Virus record (IMG/VR): IMGVR_UViG_3300011242_000001
Location: 1-50,438 of that record
Reading direction: 5' to 3' (one strand)
From: a virus
Lineage: Duplodnaviria > Heunggongvirae > Uroviricota > Caudoviricetes
DNA length: 50,438 nucleotides
Positions 20,149-29,469 of this stretch are shown here, one piece after another (position 1 is the stretch's first letter; every line of letters begins with the position of its first letter). The notes below the pieces were generated by a model. It did not search any database. It was not told the origin of the DNA and worked only from the letters and a program-made list of their open reading frames with translations. Made by a program: the position numbers and the translations under genes.

Positions 20149-20555
20149 TTTGTAACACTCTTATATTCAATTACTTTAACCACTTCAGGTGTTACTTCAA
20201 AATATGATTCAAATTCAGATCCATAATATGATGCATACCATCCTTGGAATTTAACAAAGCATTCTTGACCGGTTGATGTATTCGTGAATTTATAAACTTT
20301 ATAATAATCACGACCCTCATCTTCCCCACCAATAGCTTCTACACATTTAATAGAAAAGCCTTCGGATTGAATAAATTGGTTAAGTTTATTAATGCTATTC
20401 GAATATTTACTAATATAGTCACTATTAAATTCATCATCAAAAAATAATTCAGTTAATGAAAAATTTTCGTCCTCATCTGATTCATCTGATTCATCTGATT
20501 CATCTGATTCAAAATTAGTGATCTTATTTAAAAGTTCTTCTACTGCAGCAAACAT
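20145..20555 (-). CDS. conserved acidic phage protein, paralogue of 19789-20148
   Basis: GGEDEGRDYYKVYKF...KFQGWYASYYG; early promoter at ~20594-20624. Confidence 0.8.
   Translation of the reverse strand: MFAAVEELLNKITNFESDESDESDESDEDENFSLTELFFDDEFNSDYISKYSNSINKLNQFIQSEGFSIKCVEAIGGEDEGRDYYKVYKFTNTSTGQECFVKFQGWYASYYGSEFESYFEVTPEVVKVIEYKSVTK
20473..20508. repeat. in-frame 9-bp tandem repeat (TCATCTGAT)x4
   Basis: encodes repeated ESD units. Confidence 0.9.
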
Positions 20556-20667
20556 AGTTACTCGCTTTAAATTAATATATTGAATGTAGTTTGATTATAT
20601 ATTATACTTTATTTTTGTAAACATATTTTTTATATTTTAAATAAAATAAAAATAAAGAGTTATATTC

Positions 20668-21414
20668 GTGAAATTTGCAGAATTTTTAAATGAAAATGAA
20701 TCATCATATAAAGAGATAATTAATTATAATGATGCAGTTGAATTAATCAAAACACATTGTAAAAATATGGATTTTGAGCGACCTTATTGGAGAGGCAATC
20801 GCGATAATTCATATGCTTATAAAGTAGATGGATCAAAAGGTCATCGCCAATCTTCAGATACCCAAAATTATTATACAATGCTAATAGATAAATTTGCCGT
20901 AGCGGGACAACCACTGCGATCTAAATCTATAATTTGTATTAATTATCCAGGAAAATCATATGCTTCTAGATATGCTGATTCTCGTATGGGATCATATTAT
21001 GCAGTATTTCCATATGATAATGCCAAAATAGGATTTGTCGGTAAACAAGATATATGGGATATTAATGTTACTATAAATGACACCAAATTTTCTATTGAAA
21101 AATGGAATAACTATTTTTCATTTTCTAATATTAAAGATACATCATATGAAGATTTTATGGACACTATTAAAAATATATTTTCAAAAGATACATATAAGCT
21201 TGAATTACATGAAAAGAAATTATTTGATGTATTCGAAGGTGATTTTAAAAACGTCGAACCCTTTTTAAAAGATGCTTATAGTGCAGAATCATTAAAATTT
21301 AAATTAGGAACAAGCGCCGATATAGATAATACACACTTATCTGAAGTATGGATCGGAGGCCCATGTATTTTAATAAGAAATGATATATGGCGCGACTTAG
21401 TAATAAATAAGTAA
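20668..21414 (+). CDS. putative packaged protein, ART-like family A (leader MKFAEFLNE, GTG start)
   Basis: PYWRG, PLRSKSIIC, YAVFP, DIW, EVWIGG. Confidence 0.75.
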   Translation: MKFAEFLNENESSYKEIINYNDAVELIKTHCKNMDFERPYWRGNRDNSYAYKVDGSKGHRQSSDTQNYYTMLIDKFAVAGQPLRSKSIICINYPGKSYASRYADSRMGSYYAVFPYDNAKIGFVGKQDIWDINVTINDTKFSIEKWNNYFSFSNIKDTSYEDFMDTIKNIFSKDTYKLELHEKKLFDVFEGDFKNVEPFLKDAYSAESLKFKLGTSADIDNTHLSEVWIGGPCILIRNDIWRDLVINK

Positions 21415-21438
21415 ATATAAAATAAGTAGAGAATAAAA

Positions 21439-22170
21439 ATGAATTTTAATACTTTTATATTAAATGAATCGCTTAAAAAAGATAAGATTGATATAGATGA
21501 ACTACATAATATTTTAACAACTAAATGCGGTGATTTTGATATTAAAAAACCGTTTTGGCGTGGTACAAAGGATAGAGGCAATAGTATATATATTGCTGAT
21601 GGATCTATAACTGAACGTAAATCTGCAAATACATCCAATCATTATACTGTAATAATTGATGAAGCTTTACGATTGGATGATAGTAATCATCCATTAAGAA
21701 GTAAATCTATTATATGCGCTAATTACCATAATAAAGCTCATGCTGAAAATTATGGTAAATTATTTGCAGTTATTCCATTTAATGAAGCAAAAATTGGAGT
21801 TACTAGCAGTGATGATATATGGGATACAGACGTTATAATTAATGATTATGAATTAATGTTGCCAATATTTAATAGACTATTAAGAGACTGTAATATTTCA
21901 GACAAATCATTTAATGATATTGTTAATGGTATTACTGATGGTATTAATAAAAATACAAAAGATATGGACTTTATGCGATTAAAAAGGGTATTTAAAGATA
22001 TTAATATTAAAGATGAATTATTAAATGCATTTAGCCCATCTAAATTAGACTTTAAATTTGGTAATGGTAAAAGCGTTAGTAAATTAACAAACGCGCATGA
22101 ACTCTGGATTTCTGGTAAATGCGCATTTATTGAATATAATATATGGTCAGATTTTATTAAGCAATACTAA
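21439..22170 (+). CDS. putative packaged protein, ART-like family A (leader MNFNTFILNE)
   Basis: PFWRG, PLRSKSIIC, DIW, HELWISG. Confidence 0.75.
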   Translation: MNFNTFILNESLKKDKIDIDELHNILTTKCGDFDIKKPFWRGTKDRGNSIYIADGSITERKSANTSNHYTVIIDEALRLDDSNHPLRSKSIICANYHNKAHAENYGKLFAVIPFNEAKIGVTSSDDIWDTDVIINDYELMLPIFNRLLRDCNISDKSFNDIVNGITDGINKNTKDMDFMRLKRVFKDINIKDELLNAFSPSKLDFKFGNGKSVSKLTNAHELWISGKCAFIEYNIWSDFIKQY

Positions 22171-22965
22171 TTTAGCATTATTAAATTTATCTATATCAAA
22201 TAAATTTATAATTTGTGGATAATTATCAATTGCAAAATCTCTAAACCAGCCAGATGTTAAGGTGGTGCATACTTTTTGTAGTGCCTTAATATATGATAAT
22301 TTTGTATAATGAGTCCAATTACTTGGTACCATAAATCGCTCTATTGCAATTACATATGTTTCTTCAGCAACGCATTTACATTTATCGTCATAGCTTAATT
22401 TATCCCATAACTCTTTTTCACACCATGCCATTGACGAATCATATTGTAAATGCGTATATAATGGGCGATCATGGAATGCCATTAATTCATGTAAATAATC
22501 GTGATCATATTTTTTATCAACTGCATCATCAAAAAACTCTTCAACTGTTTTCTTTAATGAGATAGGGCGATAATCTTCGAACTGTTTATATGATAATTTA
22601 ATTCTATCATTTAAAATTCTATTATCTTCATCTGTCATATCAATTAGATGTGATTTTAAAAATTTATGATAGATTGCAATATGTCTATCAAATTTCAAAT
22701 CGCGCCATAGATGTGATCTTTTAATTATTGCTAAACCTTTTAAATTAATTAGATACAATTCAATATCATTAATTATAACAGGCTCATTTAATGAGTATTT
22801 TTCAAACTCAAAATTATTCAAAAAAGATCGATCATGAAATTCAAATCCTGGAATTGGCTCTGCCGAAATAACATCAATATCTCGATTAGACTGCAATTTA
22901 AAAGTCGGATCCTGATATGCAATTGCACGTGACCCAATTAAATAATTTTTAGTGCTCATATTCAC
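22147..22965 (-). CDS. conserved phage protein with putative nucleotidyltransferase-like N-terminus
   Basis: LIGSRA...DIDVI (hGS..DxD) motif; YDHDYLHE. Confidence 0.55.
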   Translation of the reverse strand: MNMSTKNYLIGSRAIAYQDPTFKLQSNRDIDVISAEPIPGFEFHDRSFLNNFEFEKYSLNEPVIINDIELYLINLKGLAIIKRSHLWRDLKFDRHIAIYHKFLKSHLIDMTDEDNRILNDRIKLSYKQFEDYRPISLKKTVEEFFDDAVDKKYDHDYLHELMAFHDRPLYTHLQYDSSMAWCEKELWDKLSYDDKCKCVAEETYVIAIERFMVPSNWTHYTKLSYIKALQKVCTTLTSGWFRDFAIDNYPQIINLFDIDKFNNAKLVLLNKI

Positions 22966-22966
22966 C

Positions 22967-23287
22967 TTAGTTAATATTAATTAAAATTGAAATACCTAAT
23001 GCAATAATCAATAGCAAGTGTGTTAATTTAAAAATATATAAAAATATAAAAATATTTTTCATTAAATTTGGATAAAGATCATTCAATGTCTTCATTTCTT
23101 CATATGAGGATTTCATATTTTCTAATTTAAGGTGTTGCGTATTAAGAGCCGCTTCTAATAAATTATTAGATGATTTTTTTAAAATAGTAAAAAATCTAGT
23201 TTTAAATAATTTAGTGCTATAAACTAAAATATGCAAGCCAACTAATATAATAAACAAATTAATTAAATCAACATTATTTTCCATCAT
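22967..23287 (-). CDS. membrane protein (two TM segments)
   Basis: hydrophobic N- and C-terminal segments. Confidence 0.6.
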   Translation of the reverse strand: MMENNVDLINLFIILVGLHILVYSTKLFKTRFFTILKKSSNNLLEAALNTQHLKLENMKSSYEEMKTLNDLYPNLMKNIFIFLYIFKLTHLLLIIALGISILININ

Positions 23288-23355
23288 TTTCCATCATTTT
23301 TACAATTAGCTTAAATACGTTAAAACAACTATACACTAATAAAGAGATTAAGAAA

Positions 23356-24243
23356 ATGAGTTTCGCCAATTATTTACATGAAAATTTTGCAGAAATTACA
23401 ACTGAAGTTATTACCGAATCATATAATACAGAAGATTATTATGATTTAGAAGACTTATTTGAATCAGTTAAAACTTTTAAAGATGTACCTAATTCATTGA
23501 AAAAAGCATTGGTCAAAGCCGCTAAAAAAGCTGGTGAAAATTCTGCTGTTAAAGATTTAAAAATTCAATCTGAAGGTAAAATTACTACTAAAGGCGCTTT
23601 AACTACTGCACTTAAAAATACATTTGCTGATCATGCTGATGATCTATCTGGCTTTGTTATTGAAGCTAATGGCTTGGCTGTCGTTGCTGTAATTAAAACA
23701 AGTATGTATAAATTTAATCTTCATGTGGATGGCAGTAATGAAGCAACTCATAAAGATTTAAATGCGACTCAAGCAATTGCTGAAATTAAAACATTATTAG
23801 ATTCTTTAGAAGGTGGCTTATCCGCTGCATTTAAAGGTAAAGGTATTGAAGTTAAAGCTGTTTATTTTGATACTGTACGTGATGGCATTGCGGATGATCG
23901 TGCTGAAAATAAATACCCAGTTCGTTTGAAAAAACATGCTGGTTCTGAATTGACTACTGAAGAACGTAAAAACCTTATTACTAAATTTGCTAAAAAACAT
24001 TTAATTGCTAATGTTGAAAAATTATCTAAAGAATTACCTACCTTAGGTGATACGGATAACTTATTAAAAGCATCACTAGACCGTGAAGGTTTTGAACATA
24101 AACAAATTGAATCAATTAATAAATTGCTGCGCGATGTATCAGATGTATTAGATGCATACCGTTGGGCTATTTCTGATCAACGTATTCGTAACTTTAATGG
24201 TGAAATTAGTACATATCTTAAAAAGATGAAAAAAGATAATTAA
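23356..24243 (+). CDS. putative packaged protein, paralogue family B (leader MSFANYLHE)
   Basis: LFES.KTF.D.PN..KK, AGENS, GFVIEANGLAV shared with 28342-29331. Confidence 0.75.
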   Translation: MSFANYLHENFAEITTEVITESYNTEDYYDLEDLFESVKTFKDVPNSLKKALVKAAKKAGENSAVKDLKIQSEGKITTKGALTTALKNTFADHADDLSGFVIEANGLAVVAVIKTSMYKFNLHVDGSNEATHKDLNATQAIAEIKTLLDSLEGGLSAAFKGKGIEVKAVYFDTVRDGIADDRAENKYPVRLKKHAGSELTTEERKNLITKFAKKHLIANVEKLSKELPTLGDTDNLLKASLDREGFEHKQIESINKLLRDVSDVLDAYRWAISDQRIRNFNGEISTYLKKMKKDN

Positions 24244-24294
24244 TAGAAGTTAAAAAAAAGAGACTTTCTAGTCTCTTTTTAATTAGGAATAAAA

Positions 24295-24981
24295 ATGAAA
24301 TTTGAATTATTTTTAATAGAAAGTGAAAGCCATAGAATTTCTATTGATGAAGATGAATTTAAAAGCTTATTTGATATACATTGTAAAAATATGGATATAA
24401 ATAAGCCATATTGGCGTGGTATGGGATATCATGGCGAATATCTGCAATTAGAACCTAGAAAGCGATTAACTACACGCGATTCTATTACCGGATCAAATAC
24501 TCAAAATATTTTAACTGATTATTTTTTAAGTAAAGAAATTAAAAATTATCCAAAACGAAGTGAATCTATTATTTGTGGTAATAATAGCAATAAAAATACT
24601 GCCAATATGTATGGAGATGCACTTTATAAAATTTATCCATTTGATAGTACAATTATTGCTTCCTGCGAAGAACATGATTTTATTTTCACTGAGATGCATT
24701 TAAATGGTAAAACAATCGACGCAGATGATTATTTTGCTATATTAGAATTAGCTAACATAAAAGGTAAATCATATATTGATATTTTAAAATCAATGAAAGA
24801 ATGCGATGAAGAAGATTTTATTAAAGTATTTGGACCATCCAAAGATATTGAATCCGTTTTAAAGGATGCTTATACAGCTAAAAATATGCAAATAAATGTT
24901 GGTACATCAAAAGATGTAAACAAAGAAAGCGGTATGCATGAATTATGGTTTAATGGGCCATGTTTGGCGGTAATTAATTAA
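24295..24981 (+). CDS. putative packaged protein, ART-like family A (leader MKFELFLIE)
   Basis: PYWRG, YPKRSESIIC, A..YG, HELWFNG. Confidence 0.75.
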   Translation: MKFELFLIESESHRISIDEDEFKSLFDIHCKNMDINKPYWRGMGYHGEYLQLEPRKRLTTRDSITGSNTQNILTDYFLSKEIKNYPKRSESIICGNNSNKNTANMYGDALYKIYPFDSTIIASCEEHDFIFTEMHLNGKTIDADDYFAILELANIKGKSYIDILKSMKECDEEDFIKVFGPSKDIESVLKDAYTAKNMQINVGTSKDVNKESGMHELWFNGPCLAVIN

Positions 24982-25027
24982 AATAAAAAAAAGAGACTCT
25001 TCAGTCTCTTTTTTTTATTTTATATTT

Positions 25028-25636
25028 TTAGATAATACTTAAAACAGTAGAATCAAGAATTGAATATACTTCTTCAACTGTGCATGAAGTATCAATTTCA
25101 ATAACATGAGAATGACGACTATTTAATTGCGAGCGGTAACGTTCTAATTTATCGTTATATGCTTCTTCAGTCATGATATCCCAATGATCATTATCGTCAC
25201 GCATGCCTTTACGCTTTTGCATTTCAGCATATGAGCAGTATGCAAAGATAATAATATTTGGATAAACAAGATGTGTTGATAAATTTAAAATCGTATTAAC
25301 AGGTGATGTATCTGATTTTAAATTATAAACAAAAGAGGTATCAACGTAACGGTCGCTAATTACGTTGATACCTGCATTTAAAGCTGGGATGATATTTTGT
25401 GCTACATAGTCCGATCGTGATGCTGATGCTAAGAAAGCAATAGTACGCCAATCTGTTGTAGATGTAATGCATTCAGGGTCCATAAAAATTTCACGGACTT
25501 TTTGGGATAGTTTTCCAGTCTTCATATCTGCTACGAACAAATATTTGTCTGAATTCAATTTAGATTGTAGATAGGGAATAATAATACTCGTTTTACCAGC
25601 TAGGTCGAGACCCTCAACTGTAATAAATTTAGCCAC
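25028..25636 (-). CDS. tmk: thymidylate (dTMP) kinase
   Basis: FITVEGLDLAGKT P-loop; VISDRY..S..Y; GTG start. Confidence 0.9.
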   Translation of the reverse strand: MAKFITVEGLDLAGKTSIIIPYLQSKLNSDKYLFVADMKTGKLSQKVREIFMDPECITSTTDWRTIAFLASASRSDYVAQNIIPALNAGINVISDRYVDTSFVYNLKSDTSPVNTILNLSTHLVYPNIIIFAYCSYAEMQKRKGMRDDNDHWDIMTEEAYNDKLERYRSQLNSRHSHVIEIDTSCTVEEVYSILDSTVLSII

Positions 25637-26122
25637 TTAATTCTCCAATGTAATATTAATTACGATATAAGGTTGATATGTATACCCCGTATTTATAACC
25701 ATTTTATAGGTCATAATTGGATAATTAATAAGTTCATGCCATATACCCAATTTATTTTCTATTTTATTAAGATCAATATCTTTTTTCTTTGTCGCATCAA
25801 ATTCAGTAAAATTTAAATTTGTGCATATTTCTTTTAATGTTTTATAACTATCTTTATTAAAAGCTTTAATGTCAATTCTATAATCTGTTTTATTCAAATA
25901 GTCATTAACTAACAGCTTAAAAGTATCTTTTGTAATATTAACTTCAGCCGTATCAAAAACAGCTTTTTTACTAATCATTCGATGTGTTTCATTGAATAAA
26001 TCAGATGTGGCCTTTAATCGAACCGAATTTAAATCATGGTTTAATACTTGACATGACTTATTTATTTTGTCATGTATAAGTTCTTTCACCGAAGCTATTG
26101 CTTTAGTCTTGACTTTTGACAT
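25637..26122 (-). CDS. hypothetical protein
   Basis: 161-aa ORF, AAGGA RBS, promoter at ~26149-26178. Confidence 0.7.
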   Translation of the reverse strand: MSKVKTKAIASVKELIHDKINKSCQVLNHDLNSVRLKATSDLFNETHRMISKKAVFDTAEVNITKDTFKLLVNDYLNKTDYRIDIKAFNKDSYKTLKEICTNLNFTEFDATKKKDIDLNKIENKLGIWHELINYPIMTYKMVINTGYTYQPYIVINITLEN

Positions 26123-26219
26123 TATTAATTGTTCCTTATTAAGTTAACATTATATAGCATAATTTATTTTATATACATTTATATTTTATTATATTTGCAT
26201 AATAACCATTCGTCATATA

Positions 26220-26299
26220 TCGCTCTGTATCGCATTTAAATAGCCTCTATATATAGTTTATAAGGTATTGACATAAAACTCCATACAGAGCGAATGGTG
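26220..26299. repeat. dispersed inverted-repeat element (copy 1)
   Basis: TCGCTCTGTAT...ATACAGAGCGA arms; the same motif recurs at 49973-50049. Confidence 0.75.
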
Positions 26300-26374
26300 A
26301 TGATATGTATTAATATATAGATGATATAAAGATAATATTGATTACTAATTTTAATATCTTATATGAATATCTTT

Positions 26375-26423
26375 TTCTTTATTCTTTATTCTTTATTCTT
26401 TATTCTTTATTCTTTATTCTTTA
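26375..26423. repeat. heptamer tandem repeat (TTCTTTA)x7
   Basis: direct reading; lies in an ORF-free AT-rich tract. Confidence 0.95.
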
Positions 26424-26779
26424 TTTTGATTATCTTTCTTCTGGGTATGATTCACCCTCTATATCCGTGATTTGAGTAAATTATTTTTATATTTGAATTA
26501 AAAGAAAGAAAAAAATTGAAAAAAATAATAAAAGAAATAATATTAATAATTGAATACTAATTCTGTTTATCTATTTCAATTCATCTTTATAAATTATTTG
26601 ATTGCTTATCACTTTTACACATATATCAATATTAGTTGTTTGTTCCTTTAGGAACATTAATTTCATTTATGAAATTATAATAAAGAAAGAATTTATATAT
26701 TACATACATAATTTATATCTGATAATTCAAATATAAAATAAAATACTTTGTTCACTCTAATTCTACATGAATGAACAAT

Positions 26780-27283
26780 TTAAATCTCGGTGGTTCCAAC
26801 AATTTCCGTATTACTGTGTAGATCAGTTTGCTATAGATTTAGCGCTCGCCTTTCGGCACTATCTTTGCCATAGATAGTATATCCTCTAAGAACTTATTAC
26901 GGCTTCTTAGACATCAAATAATATAGCTAGTTCAAAGTGGTCAATCAAATACCAAATTTATCAGTCTATATAAGTTATATTCTATGACGAATATATTGAG
27001 ATTACGGTTGGTGTGGCGGAAAAATAGAATTCCTGTGCAATCATGAATTTTACTTTTCTGTACTTACCTTTATAAAGAATTATACTATTCAATTAAAGTA
27101 AGCCTTCATCTCAAGATGGTTGATTACCGGACCATGATATGGAATCACGTCGTCTGTTGACAGGGCAGTCAGTGCAGACACTGAATTTATTTTGATTGCT
27201 ATAGTGTTATCAACTATAATCCTTTATCCTATTATTCAACGCCCAGATAAAGTAAAGGCTTAATAGTTTTCACTATTAGAATT
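26780..27283 (-). ncRNA. candidate ~500-nt structured RNA, possibly origin-associated
   Basis: ORF-free; many hairpins including two GAAA tetraloops on the minus strand; TTTACA/TATAAT promoter-like motif at 27287-27317 (spacing atypical). Confidence 0.55.
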
Positions 27284-27358
27284 CGTATTATATATTACAT
27301 TTTATCATATTTGTAAATTTTATTTAATAAATATTTTAAAAGAACTAGGATAAAATTA

Positions 27359-28315
27359 ATGAAATTTACAGATTATTTGGTTGAAAATAGATCAGTTGAA
27401 TTATATGAATCGACTACATATAATAGCTTGTTGGAAGCAGTACAGAATATTGCGAAGATGCCGCCGACATGGGTAGTTGGTTTTACAAAGGGTGAACCTG
27501 GTAAAGGAGAATTTTCAAAAACAATAGTGAATGAAACTGTTACTATTAATAATAAAGTTGCTTTTGATCGAGTAATTAAAGATTCTCTTAAAGACAATAA
27601 AGTACACGGCTTTTTGATTTGTCATAAAGAAGTACCATTATTTGCATTGGTAAAAGACAAAAAAGATAATTCATCATCTACTTTATTTGTAATTGGGCCG
27701 ACTCAAGCTCGACAGATTAAACAATCAACTTGGACAATATATACGGCACATGACGCTAAATTTTATGAAGTACATAACACATTTGATGAAAAAGAAATTA
27801 CTAATACAAATTCAATAGTGGCGCTTGGAAAATTATTAACTACATTTGTATCTAATTATGTCAAAGGATCAAATGATGATATGCAATTAAATGACGCTTT
27901 GCGTGAATTATCTATTAATATTAAAACAGTAGTTGTGGAAACTGATAATCAAAGCGATCGATCTGGTGGATCTGGTACAGGTCGAAATTCAGATGATCGA
28001 TCAGTTCATGCTAATAAAGCAATCAAAAAATTTAGTGACGACTATTTAAGTAAATTTATTGCAGACTATCATAAGCTCGTAGATAAAGAAGTTCCAAATT
28101 TAGATAAAGCCGAAGAATTGATTCAAAAATCTATTGATGGAACACTTCAACAAATTAATATTAATAAAGTCACTGCTGAATTAAAAGAATATAATAAATT
28201 GATTAGCAAATTCAGTCATGAATATAAAACTAAAAAAGCAACTAATCCAACGGATCCAAACTGGGAAGAGGAGTTTGTAAAAGACTTTATTGACTCATTA
28301 ACAGCTACAGCATAA
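27359..28315 (+). CDS. putative packaged protein, family B (leader MKFTDYLVE)
   Basis: LLEAVQNIAKMPPTW, GFLICHK, AIKKF, VPNLDK align with family B. Confidence 0.72.
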   Translation: MKFTDYLVENRSVELYESTTYNSLLEAVQNIAKMPPTWVVGFTKGEPGKGEFSKTIVNETVTINNKVAFDRVIKDSLKDNKVHGFLICHKEVPLFALVKDKKDNSSSTLFVIGPTQARQIKQSTWTIYTAHDAKFYEVHNTFDEKEITNTNSIVALGKLLTTFVSNYVKGSNDDMQLNDALRELSINIKTVVVETDNQSDRSGGSGTGRNSDDRSVHANKAIKKFSDDYLSKFIADYHKLVDKEVPNLDKAEELIQKSIDGTLQQININKVTAELKEYNKLISKFSHEYKTKKATNPTDPNWEEEFVKDFIDSLTATA

Positions 28316-28339
28316 AAAAAGGACCTCTAGGTCCTTTTT
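28314..28339. terminator. bidirectional terminator (GGACC family)
   Basis: A7-GGACCT-CT-AGGTCC-T5. Confidence 0.8.
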
Positions 28340-28341
28340 AA

Positions 28342-29331
28342 TTAATCTTGTTCTTTATGTTTTTTGATCGCTTTTGTAAGATATTTCATATCCCAATCAA
28401 GTTCTGTTTTCCAATCAGACTTAATTTTACCATTTTTATATGCTTGCTTAAACGCATATAAAATGCTATTCAATGAATCAACTTTTTCTTTAAGGCCTTT
28501 TACATCGATATTAACATCTTCACCTTCAGCAGCTTTCATTAGGATATCTTCTAATTCATCAATTTTTGGTAATGAATTTTTAATATCAGTTACAAGTTCT
28601 TCAATATTATTTTTTGTGAATTTTTTAATTACAGCACGACGGTTAGTAACAAGAGAATCTTTAAGACCAAAATTTCGTTCATTACGATCATTACTACGTT
28701 CAACATTTTTTTCAATACGTTTACGATCGCGTTTAACTACTTTAACAGTAATATCTAAAGTTGAAATTACATCATCAATTGTCATCGTTTTTACAAATTT
28801 TGATTCATCTTCAATATTTGAATTGGTTTTGTCAATTGCCAATTCAGTAAGTGTTTGTGTAATTTGATCAAATGTTTCTTGTACTTTAAGATCACCAGAA
28901 TGCCATTTTCTCAAACCACCAGAACGATGAAGTGTTCCACGATCCCATTGTGTACGTAGAATTTTTTTCAAGTTACCGTCATTTGATAGTAGATTGAATT
29001 TTTTTTCATAGTTATTGATTAAAGCCAATACAGCCAAACCATCAACTTCAATAATGATACCAGCATTATCAGTAGTATCTTTTAAACTTTCTTTGAATAA
29101 CTTATTATATGCAGTTTTATTTTTAAGAATACCAGTTGACTTAATTTCAATTTCTGAATTTTCGCCAGCAATTTTATCCCAACGAGCAAATACTTTTTTC
29201 CAAGCATTTGGAAGATCGGCAAAAGATTTAATCGATTCTTCTAAAAATTCAACTTCTGCTACTTGTGTAGTTGAATCAAATAATTCATCCAAATTCATAG
29301 TCGCTTCGTTAAGATGATCTAAAAAGCTCAT
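28342..29331 (-). CDS. putative packaged protein, family B (leader MSFLDHLNE)
   Basis: LEESIKSFADLPNAWKK, AGENS, GIIIEVDGLAV. Confidence 0.75.
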   Translation of the reverse strand: MSFLDHLNEATMNLDELFDSTTQVAEVEFLEESIKSFADLPNAWKKVFARWDKIAGENSEIEIKSTGILKNKTAYNKLFKESLKDTTDNAGIIIEVDGLAVLALINNYEKKFNLLSNDGNLKKILRTQWDRGTLHRSGGLRKWHSGDLKVQETFDQITQTLTELAIDKTNSNIEDESKFVKTMTIDDVISTLDITVKVVKRDRKRIEKNVERSNDRNERNFGLKDSLVTNRRAVIKKFTKNNIEELVTDIKNSLPKIDELEDILMKAAEGEDVNIDVKGLKEKVDSLNSILYAFKQAYKNGKIKSDWKTELDWDMKYLTKAIKKHKEQD

Positions 29332-29469
29332 TATATTTTCCTTAAGTGTAAAAAAACGTTTACTTTATTTAATTTAAAAAATATAAATTTTTTTAAAATA
29401 TGTGTGTACATATGATTTTACTTGCTATATGATAGCCTCATCACGATAAAACATACTCGGATATATGAA

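Noticed and set aside
26375..26423. (TTCTTTA)7 as a CRISPR array
   Set aside because: Contiguous heptamers with no spacers.
26780..27283. Group I/II intron or tmRNA/RNase P RNA
   Set aside because: It interrupts no gene, and I could not find the P7 core, domain V, a tRNA-like end or the RNase P P4 consensus by eye; not formally excluded without Infernal.
28364..28867. Antisense or alternate-frame ORFs (also 161-442, 29015-29317, 30285-30602, 40047-40526, 45784-46248 and similar)
   Set aside because: They overlap well-supported genes, lack RBSs and have compositions typical of shadow frames.
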